Source: the human T2T-CHM13v2.0 reference genome, Homo sapiens. From it: a DNA stretch of 64,000 bases. Numbering within the stretch: the stretch's first letter is position 1; each line of letters opens with the position of its first letter. The stretch lies in NCBI RefSeq assembly GCF_009914755.1, contig NC_060928.1, one strand, 5' to 3'. Made by a program: the position numbers and the translations under genes. Below the pieces are notes generated by a model. It was not told where the DNA came from. It saw only the letters and a program-made list of their open reading frames with translations, and searched no databases. Below, piece by piece: positions 12,236 through 26,679 of this stretch.

Positions 12236-15200
12236 TTATCTTTAAAGGTTGATTCCCACCCTCCCTCCCCAGTTACTTAAGGAACTAAGTGAGTACATCT
12301 CCAGTTGCCCATGAAAGCATAAGTTTGTTTTCCTCAGCTGAGGCAAGTGGTAGAGTATACAGGATAACGAAGTAACATGTAAAAGGCAGGACGCACATAA
12401 AGGTGTACATGGCTATTGTTTCACCTGGAGAAACCACATGATTGGGACCTGAAGGTTTACTGACTGACTACAGGGGCTGATTGTGAAGCACGAGGAACCC
12501 CATGTGTGTGGAGACTGTAGGGTGAGAGCACACAATTATTAGCATCATTTCTGAGTGATCTCACAGATTTTTTTTCTTGTGTTTGTTTTGCTTTTTGACA
12601 ACTGCTTCTCCCACGTTCCTTGCAATTCTATTCTCTCACCTTCACTTTACTATTTGTATTCGATGGACCAGGATAATTCAGGCAAGGTTACCTTGTAAAC
12701 TTGAATTGGCCACACACCATGTTGTCACCCAGCTGGCTATGAAGTGAATAATGGTACTGAAAGTAAACCTGAAGACCTTTCTCAGATCTATTTTAAGTCT
12801 GAGTCTGACCAACCATGGAAAATATTCGACATGAATTAATGTAGAGAACTATAAAGCATTTATGACAGCTCCAAGAAAAATCATCTACTCTATGCAGGAG
12901 ATATGTTTAGAGACCTCTCAGAAAAACTTGCCTGGTTTGAGGGTACACAGTACCATTTTAATCTTCTGAAAATATCTGTATTCCTGCTCTTTTTCTGCTG
13001 TCACTGTCAATCTGCTATATTTTTCACTATCCTATTAAAATATTACTGTCTCCTTTATCTGTTCAATGTCCATATTTTAAAAAAATCTTCCTTGTATGAG
13101 CTATTCTGATCCAAATAATTTCTCTGATATTTCTCTATATGGCTCCCACAACAATTTCATTGTTGTTAGCATATCTATTTCTCCATACATTGTAAAACTG
13201 TAATCCTTAGGTATTTCTAAAACATAAAGAGGAGAATTAAGTCAGCTGCAGAACAATGGGGCTGATTCTTCTGCTTTTTCTCTGGAAAATCTTTCATTGC
13301 TTTTGGTGGAAATTTACCTAGAGGTTACAACCACAGGATGTAGCTTGGTCTCTTATTTGCCTTTTTGGGAAACCAATTAAGATTAATACAGGATAAAGGA
13401 AAAAAGCAATCTATTCATTATATAACACAGTTGTTTGTATTACTTGTTCCCTGCAAAGGAAATCTGTTGAATGCTTGCATTTTGAATTCTTTTCTAATAG
13501 AACAACCAAAAAAGGCTTCTTATGGTGCAGCAGGAAAAAAGATCATTTTTATAGCTTTGCATTCTTAACATAGCATTTAAAGAGCGGCATGAATTAGAGG
13601 AAAGACATGGAACACACAGGTAGTCGGTTTGAGATCATCGGCTTAAAAGTATCCTAGGATGGTAATGACCCAGAAGTATTTCCAGTTGTCTAGTGGTGTG
13701 GTATGCAGGAATGAGAAGTGTTTTCTTTCCATTTCCTGTTGGACAGGTGGCAATCTTAGCAGAGCCACTATTTGGAGTTGATAACTAAAGATGCAAATAA
13801 CGTGACTATGCCTTCTGGTCATCCTACGACTATTTGGAGTTCTCCAAAACCTTGTAAGAGGCATGTCAGGCATGCAGTAAAAGCATCTACAACTTCAGCT
13901 GGGCACTGGCAGCATAGGTCTCATCTTGGACCATACAGTCCCACTTTATAGAAGAGAGTGGAAGTTCTCCAAAACAATATCCACAACAAAGTCTGACCTC
14001 ACTCTGAGGGAGATGGGAAGTGGGAGGAAGAAGGACTAACCAGCTCCCTGGAGTAAGAGGAATTTGCTTTCCCTGTCTGCCCACCAGGGGCTATATGTGC
14101 CACCTTTCAGGTTGGGGCCAAGGAAGTGATGTCAGTGTGACAGAAGGGAGAGTTAGACCTCCAGACGTCAGCCTCCCTCCCATGGGGTACATTTTCAATC
14201 TGAGTGTTGTTGCCTTAGCTGTGTTGGTATTAGCTTGATTGGTTGGTCCGCTGGTTATGAGGTGTAGGGAGGCAGTTTTTGTTTAGTTTTTAGGACTTTG
14301 CCTCTTCCTTTGTCCTTAGCATAATTTCTAGGCAGAGCATCCACGAAGTCGGTTTTCATTGCCAGCTCAAGAGCGACAATCATTTACGAGTTCCTATGTT
14401 ATGTTAGGTGCCTTATGTATATTATCCCAAATCCACTGCATGGTTTAAATACAGGCACTGGAATATAAATGAAAAAGGTCATTACAGTCACTGACTTTCT
14501 GCAGGACCTTAAACATTTCTCTTTCCACAAGTTTCCCCTTAATCATGTGTCAAACCTCTCTTCCTGACGGGAATGTTGTGCTATAATGAATCTGCATAAC
14601 GCTTGGGATTCTAGGAGGAAGGAAGGTTCCATGGACATGTAAGTACAGCATATTCCCCTCAGTCTTCTAGGAGGGCAGAGTGAATCCCAGAACTGGTAAG
14701 ATTGGGAATCTGAGCATTGCCACTTTAATCTTAGAATATTTATCATTTTGACACATCCTGTTTTTTAGAGAGGAAAACAAACACAGTTTCTGCATTGGTA
14801 GTGTAAAGCATACCTTGTTAGGAACGTGTTTTGTAAGACACATTTGGGTTGTCATTCTAGAGCATGTCAAACTTTGTACTTCAAAATATATTTAGTATGA
14901 TTGTTAGTGGTAACATATATCAAGGCTTTGAATTAACTGTTTTATTTAATTTTCACAAGAAGCACTTATTTTAGCCATAGGAAAACCAATCTGAGCTACA
15001 AATAGTTCTTTAAAATAAGCCCAGGTTATTTAGCTATTCTAGAAAGTGCCGACTTCTTTCAAGAAGCAGGCATTGTAGGACAGCTGAGAATTATCACATA
15101 GCCTAAATTCTAGCCTGGCAGCAAGAGTCACATCTGAGATGTCCAAAAAAAAAAAAAAAAACACCTGATCTACATTGAAAGGGGGTAGACTAACGTATGT

Positions 15201-16437
15201 GAGACCATTTTCCTATTTGCAGTTACAAGGTTAAAGAACTTTGAAGGTCATTCGGCTGCTAAGAGGCATGTCGAACACTCTGTGTGGCTCTTTCACAGTA
15301 AACCCTCCTAAGAGCAGAAGACACATGGCTGTTAGTGTCTGCGTTTAGATTTAATTTCTCAAATAAAGGCCCTTGGCTGCGTATCATTTCATCCAGTTAT
15401 AAACTAGGGCTCCTGCAAGCACCCCCATTCTAAGGGTGAATTATTGAAATCAGTTGCTATTTGATGAGTCACAACTGGCCCAGCAGGCAGGGCATTTGAA
15501 GTCATGGTCATCAAAAAGAAATGATTGTTTTTTGAAAAGCTAAATGCTTAAAATGCTTCTAGAGGGAAGTCGTGGGGCGTGTGCTCATTCTCTTTAAAAT
15601 CAGGGTTGTTGAGTTTGTTTTTAAACATTTTTATAAGTTCATGAGAAAAAATATATAAATTCTAAGAACCAACACTGTATTCCCAGAAACATGACCCTCG
15701 CTGGTCTTGGGTCCACATATCATTGGACTCTGGGGGACACAAAGATGCCTGTGACACTTTGGTGTTGCCGAGTTAGTCAACAATTATTCTGGGAAAAAGC
15801 AGAATTGAATTCTTCTCTAGATGTCCTACCAGGGTTGGCCAAGGGCCACAAAGCAGGCTAATAAATTCCCACAGGATCCAGACACCAGGCAAAATTGCTC
15901 TAAGAAGCCAGTTACTGTCATCCCTCTATGGTTCTAGAAAAAATAGTACAAAAATGACAGGTCATCCTATGAGCGTCATGCCAATGAAACCCCATCTTCT
16001 GGAGAAGCCCTTGAATCAGAATTATCTTTTTTCTTGATGTCGTCAGATGCAGCCAGTTTCTTAATTTTTTTAAAAACTGTATGTTTCTGTGGTATGTATA
16101 TTTGTACACCTAACTACCTGGCACTTGGAAATCACAGCACTACTCAGAGGCAATTGAATAAAGAGAAATTTAATTTTAAATATCAAGTCCTGTCAAACAT
16201 TTCTCAAACTTCTGATTTTATCAAAGGTTTGCCAGCCAATAAAGTGCATCCCAAGTATACAGGGGAGAAAGCTAGACTCCTACAGGGTCCTAGAGTTTAA
16301 GTAATTTTTTTGTTATTAATATAGGTAATAATTTTTCTAATTTTTATTTTTTGGTTCCAAATGTAAAGCTCCTTGTGTTTACCTCTGTTTATGTCATTCT
16401 TGACATGTTTATCTAAATTATGTGTGCTCTGTGACAG

Positions 16438-16515
16438 GTGAAATGTAAATCTGGGATCCATAGTCAAGATATCATAAGGACCTACTTCCCAGCCTACCTT
16501 TCTTCCTCTACCTGA
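16438..16515 (+). CDS. SYNPO2: SYNPO2 alternative terminal exon, C-terminus VKCKSGIHSQDIIRTYFPAYLSSST* (1109-aa isoform)
   Basis: ctctgtgacag|GTG acceptor in phase 0; 25 codons then TGA; 1084+25=1109, matching a recalled isoform length. Too short for the ORF track. Confidence 0.85.
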   Translation: MKCKSGIHSQDIIRTYFPAYLSSST

Positions 16516-17104
16516 TAATGATAATACTCAAAATAACAACATTCAAAGGAAACACAAAGAAATCCTGCTTTCACATCTCCTATTTCTTGGGCTCCTTAAT
16601 AACTACTGATGGTTTGTTCATGAAAAAAAATTTTTAAATCAAAAGATTGTACTTGGCCCTGAGTTGAAAAAATTTCAAAAATCAAAAGTTTGTACTTGGC
16701 CCTGAGTTGAAAAAAAAAATTCACATTCTAAGAATAAACAGAAAAATGTTCTTCTTGGAAGTAAATAACAAAAGCCATAGTGTTTTCATTTGTCTTTTCT
16801 TCAGGATACACGGTAGAAGTCAGAGAATCTTTGATACTTTTATTTGGTGCAATAATCAAGGCCATGCAACAACCCAAAATCAAGCATTTTGGTTCAAGTC
16901 AGGATGACATGAGTGGGGACAGAAGCTGTGGCAGTCATTCAAATAATCTCATGGGTCCTGAGGAAAAGACAGGAGTTAACGTATTAAGTTTCTACTATAT
17001 GCAGGAACTGTGTTAAATATTTTACATAAGTTTTGATAATAGCTAACATTAGCTGAGCACAAAATTTGGGCCCTGATTTGTGCTGAGTATCTTTCACAGA
17101 TTAC

Positions 17105-17460
17105 TGCTTTTAATCAGCAGTCCTTGTGAGCTAGGTATGATCATTATCCCCATTTTATAGATTACAGATGAGATTCTGAGGCACAAAGAGGCTAAGTAAC
17201 TTGCCAAAGATCATACGATGTTAAGTAATGGCCCCTGGATTCAGTCTGCAGCCTGAATTCTTAACCAATTATACTGTGATTTCATTATTCTTCAGAATTA
17301 CACTAAAAAGAAGGTATTATTCCCATTTTACAGATGAGGTATCTAAGCTCAGAGAAGCTAAACAACTTGTGCAACAATCACTAAGCTTATAAGCAGTGGA
17401 TTAGGGTTAGATTTAGATATTTGTCTGGCATCCAAACCTGTGCTCTCCCTACAGTACCAC
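17105..17460 (-). mobile_element. Two MIR remnants
   Basis: Core motifs attatccccatttt...acagatgag...ctgaggcacaaagaggctaagtaacttgcc and cccattttacagatgagg. Confidence 0.75.
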
Positions 17461-17817
17461 ATGGTTTCCACAGTCTCATCAGACCCCGGAATTTCACTCC
17501 CTGAGACTGCTTAATTGTGAATTTCCCAAACTGATTCACCAAGAGCCTACTGTCTCTGCTTTGTAGATAGCTTTGACCACATTCAATGACATTAGGAAAG
17601 ACTCCATTTCCCAAGATGGCTCAGAAAATCAGATGCTATGACGCATGTTGAAAGTGAAAACCCATCTCTGAGAAAGAAGCATCTGTTTTATTAGTAAAAA
17701 AAAAAAAATGAAATTTACAGCAATGTTGTGTGACTTCTCAAAATTCTTTCATTTTCTTATTTCAGAATGAATAGTGTTGTTCGTTGGCTGGGAATGGGGA
17801 AGAATGTGATTTTTAAA

Positions 17818-17823
17818 AATAAA
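17818..17823 (+). terminator. Polyadenylation signal AATAAA, probable end of the proximal (1093/1109-aa) transcripts
   Basis: AATAAA with U/GU-rich sequence nearby, ~1.3 kb after the 16438 exon. Other AATAAA hexamers exist upstream, so usage is inferred. Confidence 0.55.
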
Positions 17824-18419
17824 GCATAATCAAACTCTGCATAAAAGGAAGTGCTCCCTTTGGCTTTCTGCCATTTTAACTAAATGTAACTCAGGGAACT
17901 TTCTTATTAAGTAGTGAATCAGCACCTAGCATGGCTTGCTACTAAACCAATAATAACTTAAGGCATTTCAACAAGAATAATTCTAAACAGAATAACGCTG
18001 AGGGAGTCACAAGTTTTCAGTATTTCAGACTACACTCTGAAAAAGAGTTACCCCTGGAATCTTAGAGTGTCACGGTGCCAATCCCAGTCAGGACAGCAGT
18101 CAAGTGCATGAGGCAGCAAACCCTTCCCACCTCAAAGATTCCTCAGTGGAAGATTTCTCAACAATTATTTCTGTCAAAGGCTTCCCAGCAAGGACACTTT
18201 TAAACCTTACATTTTTTCCAGTGGTTTTTTTTTTTCCTTTTATATATCATTGTTATTTTGAAAACATCTCCTGAGGAACTAGTGTGATAGATTCTAAACA
18301 TGGGTTTGGAACAGTCCCATCACCAACTTCAAAAAAAGAAGATGTGAGCTTCTAGGTTAATTGTAAAAACTCATTACATTTGCAGAGCTTTATTGACTTA
18401 ATTTAAAATCATAGAACCA

Positions 18420-18660
18420 CTAATAAGGTAATAATTATGGGGGCTTAAGATGTGCTAGGTACCACTCTAAGCACTTTTTTGGTCACCACAAAATGATGAA
18501 AGTTTGATGTAGGTACTATTATCATCCCACTTTAAGATGAGAAAATTGAGGTAAAGAAAACTTAAGGAACTTGTGTAACATGGTAGGGCTAAGCCTCGGG
18601 ACCCAACAGTCAAACTCTATGGCCATCATCTAATCACAAGGCTATACTACCTCCCCTGAT
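18420..18660 (-). mobile_element. MIR
   Basis: gtaggtactattatcatcccactttaagatgagaaaattgagg core. Confidence 0.7.
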
Positions 18661-19239
18661 TGCAAGAAGACTCAGGTCACAGGTAAAAGGAACTGCTCAT
18701 CAGAAGTGATGAGTTTTACATGTCTCAGAGATAACTCCAAAGTTACACTAAACCTTCTAAATCAAAATAAGAAATAGTGCAACATCTTAGAGTTTGGTAG
18801 CTCCAAGCAATAGACATTTTTAAACAGGGTGCATGGGGAAAAGCTGTAGTTTTTATCTCCATCAGCCTATTTGCTTATTACAACTCAATAATGGCGAAGG
18901 GAAGCTCAACATTTTGCTGGTTTCTGTTGAACAAATTCCCACAGTGCACTAGACCACACGCCTCAAACACCTACCGCTTCCAGCCAACTAGCATCACATA
19001 TTACCAGAGTTATGGTAATTTATACCTGGCAAATAAAGGAAGAACAGAATAGTGATGAGAGAAACCCTCAAATTTCAGTAACAATAATGCAGAGAATAAG
19101 GTTCCTTCCAATTTTTAAATTAAAAAGAAGACAAGACTTTTTTTTAATTTAGGAAAAGCAAAAGGTAATCATGTCTTAAATGAACTTCACATACTATTAG
19201 ATGAGATAAGGTGTGTAAACCTTGAGCCCACAAGAAGTA

Positions 19240-19500
19240 CATTGGTAGTGATTAAGAGTGTGGGCTCTAGGGCCGCGCTGCCTGCCTCTGAGTCCCAGGC
19301 CTGCCTCCTGCTGGTTGGGAGACTTTAAACAAAGGATTCAGTCGCCCTGTGCTTCAATACCTCAGCTGTGAAACGAAGACAATAATAGGTGTACCTCACA
19401 AGTTGTTATGAAGATTAAATGAAACAATATGCATTTTGTATATAAAACACTGCCTGGCACAGAGAAAGTATTCAACACATGTTAGCTATTATTATTCTTC
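19240..19500 (+). mobile_element. MIR
   Basis: gtagtgattaagagtgtgggctct...gttgttatgaagattaaatga...tgcctggcacagag...gttagctattatt. Confidence 0.75.
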
Positions 19501-21145
19501 TAAGGGGCACTCAATAAACAATAGCTACTATTTTAAAAACTTCCAATGAGGAAAACACAATTAAACAAGTTCTTTTGTGTTCTCTGTTAATATGAATCCC
19601 AGTTTGAGACCCACAACTAAAATAGGAAAAGTAGAAGGAGTGTCGCTATAAATTTCACATTGACACAAGAAATCTATTCCCAGGAGTCGTTGAGAGATCT
19701 TTGTTTCTTCTCTTTTTTCTTCTTACTGAAGTTTATATGTTTACATTCCTCTGTATTCAGCCTGTTTGTCCATTTTTTCCTGCTTTGTGTTCATCTATTG
19801 TGCCAGCATTCTTTTCGTGGTATACAAAGATGAGATCAGATTCAAAAAGACTGGTTCAATATTTTTATAAAATAACATCAGCTTTGAGCCTCTACTATAA
19901 AGACACTGTTTTCAGTTCAAAGTACCAATGTTAAATAGAATGAATGTAGTGGACTTAGTAATATGAAGAGAGCTCTTCTGGGGAAATGTTTGTAAACCAA
20001 ACATATTCTCTAAACAGGATAGTTGGTATCCTGAGTAACCTGGTAGCATAGTTGAAGCTTAAATAGGCCTATTACACTGAAAGTGGAGCAGTTGGCAACC
20101 CTATCCCTGAGACTACCCCACTTCAGACCTGCAACAGTTGGGCTGACCTAGGAGGGCGCAGCTCACAGCTGTCCTTATCCCTCCTTTCCACACTGTCCTA
20201 GGACAAAGGGTCAGCAACCTGGCCTTTTTAGAGTAATTGATCCCCTTGCCTGAGAGGCATGATCACTTTCCAAAAACAGAAAGAGTGAAACCTCGGCCTG
20301 AACAGAGCAAACTCCCAGCTCAGGGCAAGTGATGAAAAACAATTCTAAGAAGCTGAGCCACTGACATAGGGAGGAACTTAATATTCCAGCTGCCTTTCAA
20401 ACCCAGGGAATTTTTGTGGGTTTTCTGGTACTTCTAGAATCCTTCTGAGTCAGAAGCAGAAGTCAAGACTCATCTTGAAGATAAAAAATCAAAACAAGCT
20501 GAGATTCTGAAAATGTTATCTGAATCCAGAATAGCTTTTGTTTCAAATGCAATTGAATTGATTTAGTCTTGCTTTCCTTTTGTGCCATTTAATTACATTT
20601 AAAAATAAAGCAAAACTAGGCCTCTTACTGTACTAAAAACCCCTTTGTTCTTTTTTCACCTAGCATATCTAACACTGATAAAGAAATGTTCACAAAACCA
20701 TTTTCTAGAGCTAAGAATCTCTAAGGAATTGGTTGAACTAATATAATGTACTAATTTCAGGTTTCATTGCAATCCTTCCACAATTAGATCTTTGGTTTGG
20801 AGTTTTTTTTTTAATTCACACTCAGAGTCTGTTGGTTGTGGTTGGATTACTTATTACTGTTTAACAAATGGTGCAGATCATAATTCTTCACGTAAGTCCA
20901 ATATGGGCTAGGTTTTGAATTCTGCATTATGAAATACTCACTGAAATGTCACAACTCATTGTGGGTGGTATTACTGAAATAAACAGCAACACTAAATATA
21001 TTACTTAGAACTTTTAATTTTAATTTTACATTGAATGAACTAATATGATTTCCTTTATATACAGCACTTTAGTATGAGCAAACTATTCCCTTCGTAGTGT
21101 AACATATAGCTTTCCACTTTTTGTTCCTAGTGTAAAATTAAGATT

Positions 21146-21285
21146 TCCCCACCTTAGAGATAGCCCCACCTTAGAGATTCTGATTTACTAGGTTTGGGTG
21201 GGACCTAGGAATTTGTTTTTGTAACATACAACCCAGGTGATTCTGATGCTAATGGGCTGTGAACTACACTTTGAATAACACTTTT
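21146..21285. mobile_element. MER5-type hAT DNA transposon fragment
   Basis: agagattctgatttactaggtttgggtgggacctaggaat...ccaggtgattctgatgc...cacactttgaa; small duplication cccaccttagagat at its edge. Confidence 0.65.
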
Positions 21286-22364
21286 CTAACATGCAAACCA
21301 CTTAAATCAACTTTATTCTTTAAAACCCATAAATAGTTTTCCTGTTTATCCAGTCAGGGACAGCCAGACTTGTAAACTGCACCTGCTTCCACAGTCTTAG
21401 TGCCCCGTCTAAAAGGAACAGGCGCTGAAGCACTCATCTTGCCGATTTTATTTCAAACGTCCAGGAGATGGCAGCAAACTCTCCTTCCCTCTCAGTGCTT
21501 CACAGGCAGCCATTCTAATGCTCGTTGCATTACAATTTGCTTTGAATATTCTTTTTTTAAAAAAGACAAAAGACTAAAGGGGGCCTTGAGACGTGATTTT
21601 TATCTGACCCCCTGCTTCTAATCAAGAATGAGTATAAATATTTCTAGGGATAGAATAGAATGATACAATTTTATTATCTAGAAAAGAGATTGAATTTCCT
21701 TGGCTATTTTTTCTTATCTCTGGGGAAAAAGATTGTATGACTTCCCTTGGCTGTTGGGCCCTAGACTCTGTTATCTCCAAATCCAAAATATTCTTACTAA
21801 TAACTAGCTTAACTCTATCTGGCAGTAATCTAAACATTCTTATTTTGGGATCTAGGCTAATGGAAAATTTTGAAGCACTTTGAATGCTTATTAGCTTTTT
21901 AAAATGAAAATAAATACGATTATAAAATTTTCAAAAGAAAAAGGAAGTTCATGCACTTTATGCATCATAGGGAAAGAGCCCAATATTTTTGTTTAACTTT
22001 AACATTAATCTTGGCAAATAGAGTAGTATGTCAACAAAATGCAAAATCAGTCAGAGGCTGCTTATATGTTACAAGAGTGTACGGAACAAAGAAACAGGCA
22101 GACCCACTTGGTGACGGCTTTGATCCTAACAAGCACATTGTTTTCAAAACTTTGAGGCACTAAAGTTTATTTCTAAAACAGAAAAGATGGTGACGTGTTG
22201 GAAGTTCTGTGATGTGAAATATATGTTTGTACATTTACCAGTGGGAGGAGAAAAGACTAATGGGAGAGCTGGATATTATAAATGATGGGTTAATGCTGGA
22301 GCCTAGGTCACTGCACAGGTTTGATGCCATGTGGTCAATGAATGACTGATCTGTTCATTGTATT

Positions 22365-22525
22365 TTGTTTGTTTGGTTGGTTGGTTGTTTTTTTTCTTTT
22401 GTTTTTGTTTTGTTTTGTTTTGTTTTTAGACAGAGTCTCGCTCTGTCGCCCAGGCTAGAGTGCAGTGGCACCATCTCGGCTTACTGCCATGTTTTTTTTT
22501 GTTTTGTTTTTTGTTTTTGTTTTGG
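22365..22525 (-). mobile_element. Short 3' Alu fragment (~22428-22487) embedded in (GTTTT)n tracts
   Basis: agacagagtctcgctctgtcgcccaggctagagtgcagtggc...; T-rich repeats on both sides. Confidence 0.8.
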
Positions 22526-22977
22526 ATAATTGCTTAAGAATTTAGACACACATACTACTAAAGGATCTCTCTTTTCCTCTCTTTCTCTCAAATGTGTATT
22601 GATGAGGGCCTATCCATTTTAGTCTCCCCAGAAGTTACTTTTTATCTTAGGCTAAGATTACATATCCATAGCAGTTAAGAGGGCTGATGTAGTATTTTAG
22701 CTAATTCATAATGTTTTTGTAAATTCATCAATGCATTTGCATGAATTAATACTAAAAGTGAAAAAACTGTTTAACAATTGTAATAGTCAATAAATACCTA
22801 ACATCAAATCAAAATGAAGGCAAACTTTGGGATGGGGAGAAGTCAGGAGAATACTAAAGAATGAGATCCTTTTAATAAATGTGTGGTCTACATGGCAAAA
22901 TTTGCTGTAGTATTAACATACAATGTTATCTCAAGACAATTATACATTGCAGCTTCATGAATGCATTAAGAAAGCTA

Positions 22978-23415
<438 letters not shown>

Positions 23416-23850
23416 TTAATGACAGACTACAACTATATCTGGAATTAGTGTTTTCAATGGAAGTAAATGCTGCTTATTCTGAAGAAATGTAACTGGGATA
23501 CTTCTGATAAAAGATGTTTCCTAAGTTTCCCATTTGTATTTGAAAAGCACATGATCGTGACCATCATTGTATACTTCTCTTTAACCCATGTTTCTCCTCC
23601 AGCAAAACAATCACACATTTGAAAATCCCACATAGTTTATGGCATCTCCATGTCTCTAAAATGAAATGACATACATGAAATTATTGTGTAAATTCCCTCA
23701 AACAGGAAAGATATCATTAAATAAAACTTATCACTTGGACCAGAGATGTGATAAAGGAATTGAGCATAATTTTTTTCTATTCTGTGCTTAAGAAAACAAG
23801 CTGTTGATGCCTTTCCTGATGAAGAGCTGGATTTATGATTCCTAATTTTA

Positions 23851-23961
23851 TTTTTATTTATTTTATTTTTGAGATGGAGTCTCACTCTGTCGCCCAGGCT
23901 GGAGTGCAGTGGCGTGATCTCAGCTCACTGCAACCTCCACCTCCCAAGTTCAAGTGATTAA
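23851..23961 (-). mobile_element. 5'-truncated Alu
   Basis: About 90 nt of the right arm plus tail; perfect 14-bp TSD gattcctaatttta (23837-23850, 23962-23975). Confidence 0.9.
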
Positions 23962-24632
23962 GATTCCTAATTTTAAACCTCACTCTGGGGTCATGTTTTT
24001 GACCAGGAAAACATAAATATGATAGGGAGTAAATCTTACATTTCTCAAAGAACAGTAGGTTAAACAATTTCCCCAGGGCCCAGGATATTAATCAAAGGTT
24101 CCATTTAATAAGCTTAGAAACATAGTGGACAGAAAAGCAGTTACAAAGGCCAACTCAGTCATTTTCCTCATCCTGTATTCTCCACATCTTTGTGAAATTA
24201 TGTTGTCACACACTGTATAGTTGCTGTGTCTTCGTCATTGCCATTAACTCGCTTTGAATTGTCAGAGATTTTTAATGTAATTAGAAGTCGTGACAGAGGA
24301 TGCTTCTAAACACATCAGTGGGAAGTTTTGGGAATGTTATTGTGCAGAGGCCAAATCAAGTTTGTTACATGGTATGCACACATTTCTTAAGAATCCTTGT
24401 TGTTAACATCATAACTGATAAGATTTTTCTCTAAAAAAGCAAAAGGCATTTTAATTGGGAAATAATTTTGCTTAAGGGCTATTAGCTCCACTTCAAATAG
24501 CAGTCACATAATTATAACTGAATACAATACAAAACATGTTAGTTTTCTGTACTGATAATCATGACTCTCATAATAAATTAAGTGCTTACCATGTGCCAGG
24601 TACCAACATTTTTCTCTACAAAAACTTCCCAC

Positions 24633-24790
24633 ATGCTGGATGCAGTGGCTCACTGGAAGCAACTTGAGAGCCTGAGGTGAGAGGATGTCTTGAGCCTGGG
24701 AGGTTAAGGCTGCAATGAGCTATGATAGCACCACTGCTCTCTAGCCGGGGTGATAGAGCAAGACCCTGTCTCAAAAAAACAAAAACCCAA
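24633..24790 (+). mobile_element. Alu monomer (FRAM/FAM-like)
   Basis: Diverged right-arm-like monomer with A-rich tail; approximate TSD aaaact(t)cccaca. Confidence 0.75.
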
Positions 24791-26340
24791 AAAACTCCCA
24801 CAAGGTCAAAAGATTGTTTATTTTAAACAAGATCAACATTCTTTGTTTATTATGAAAATTACTTGTTTCTCCATAGAAACTGACGAAGTCTGAACTTTTT
24901 ATATATACTATTCACTTTTTCTACCGTGGGAATCTAAATGAATGACGTTTACTATTTAAATCTTTTGAGGAAAGAGAGAACTTCAGAAAATATTTTGAAA
25001 TGTGTTTAACATTTATTTTTTATGTTTGAACCAATTAAACTAGACTTTTATGAAAATAAACTTAAATAAGGCTGTTCCTCAAGAATTATAAAAAATTAAA
25101 ACAGCAATCCCAACTACTTAAATAGAACACAGTCTATATTAATACAAGTATTGTCACAGGCTCTAACTTGTAGAGTGACATACTTCTTTTTTGAGAATAA
25201 AGAAAGGTAAGAGGGTAAAAATTGCTGGTATAGTAGTTTTTTCTGTTAACAGAGTTAATGCCTTAACATACATTATTTAAATAAAATTTTATTACCTATA
25301 GCTTTACTTCTCCAACTTCCCTATACAAGCCAGTATGTGCTTGTATAGGGAAAATTACCAATTTAGGGTAATATTAGGGTAAATTACCTAATTTACATGC
25401 CTCACTTTCCTTATTTGCAAAATGGAGGCCATAAGGTTGTTGAGAGGATTAATTGAGGTAACAAATACAGTGTTTAGAACTGTAGCTAGTACATAGTAAA
25501 AGTTTTGTACATTTTAGTTATTATTATCATTGCTTCAAAGATGAAAGAGACAACAAAAGTATATGCACACATTCCTCCTTCATGTTGGTCTTCTCGACCT
25601 TAAACTGTGTATCATTACTTTTATTCTTTTATAACAGAAGGTTTAAAAAAAATCAAGAAGTGTATATTTTGGCCCACTTAGACCTAGCAGGAAGATGAGG
25701 TCAGTGGCAATGTTTCTGGCCAACCCAGCTGCCTGCATTCTGATGACAGGAGGGCAGCCGGGGTTGGCACAGCAGCCTCGGAGGCGTGCACTGCTAATGC
25801 CACTTCAAAGGCAAGTCTCCCTCCTATTTTTGTCCTGGGTCAGCAGCCTGCCTATGCAGTTGCCTCTTGAACAAAAGGTCCTGCCAGGTCTCTGACACCT
25901 TTAGGGCCACACAGTCTCTTCCCACAATAACAAAAATAATCACCATTTGTTGAGCTACATGGCATTCCATTTATAAACACAATCTTTACTCTGCCCATAA
26001 TCTTGAAACTGTAGCCAGCAATACTCCCATCTTACAATTAAGGAAAATAAGACTGGGAGAAGTTGAATTGCATGGATAACAAAAGACAAAGGCAGAACTT
26101 TCAGGTCAATGTGACATCCAAGTTTCCATTCTTTCCAATATAAGATGCTGGCCTCCATTGTCATTTACAAGCCTTACGCTTTCTCACAAACAGATTTCCT
26201 AGAAGCAGAAAGTAAAACTTTTTATTTAAAAGTCTGTTGTTTTGGAAGAGAAAATTTAATCTAAAAGTTAATCTAAGATGACTGGTGAGTAACAGAACCA
26301 AGATGATATGCTACATACAAGACCCTATCTCTTATTTTGA

Positions 26341-26679
<339 letters not shown>

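Noticed and set aside
16780-17773. Acceptor-like sites ttttcttcag|GAT (16804) and cttatttcag|AAT (17765)
   Set aside because: They would add only 3 and 2 codons in phase 0, and such sites are common in U-rich UTRs; no independent support.
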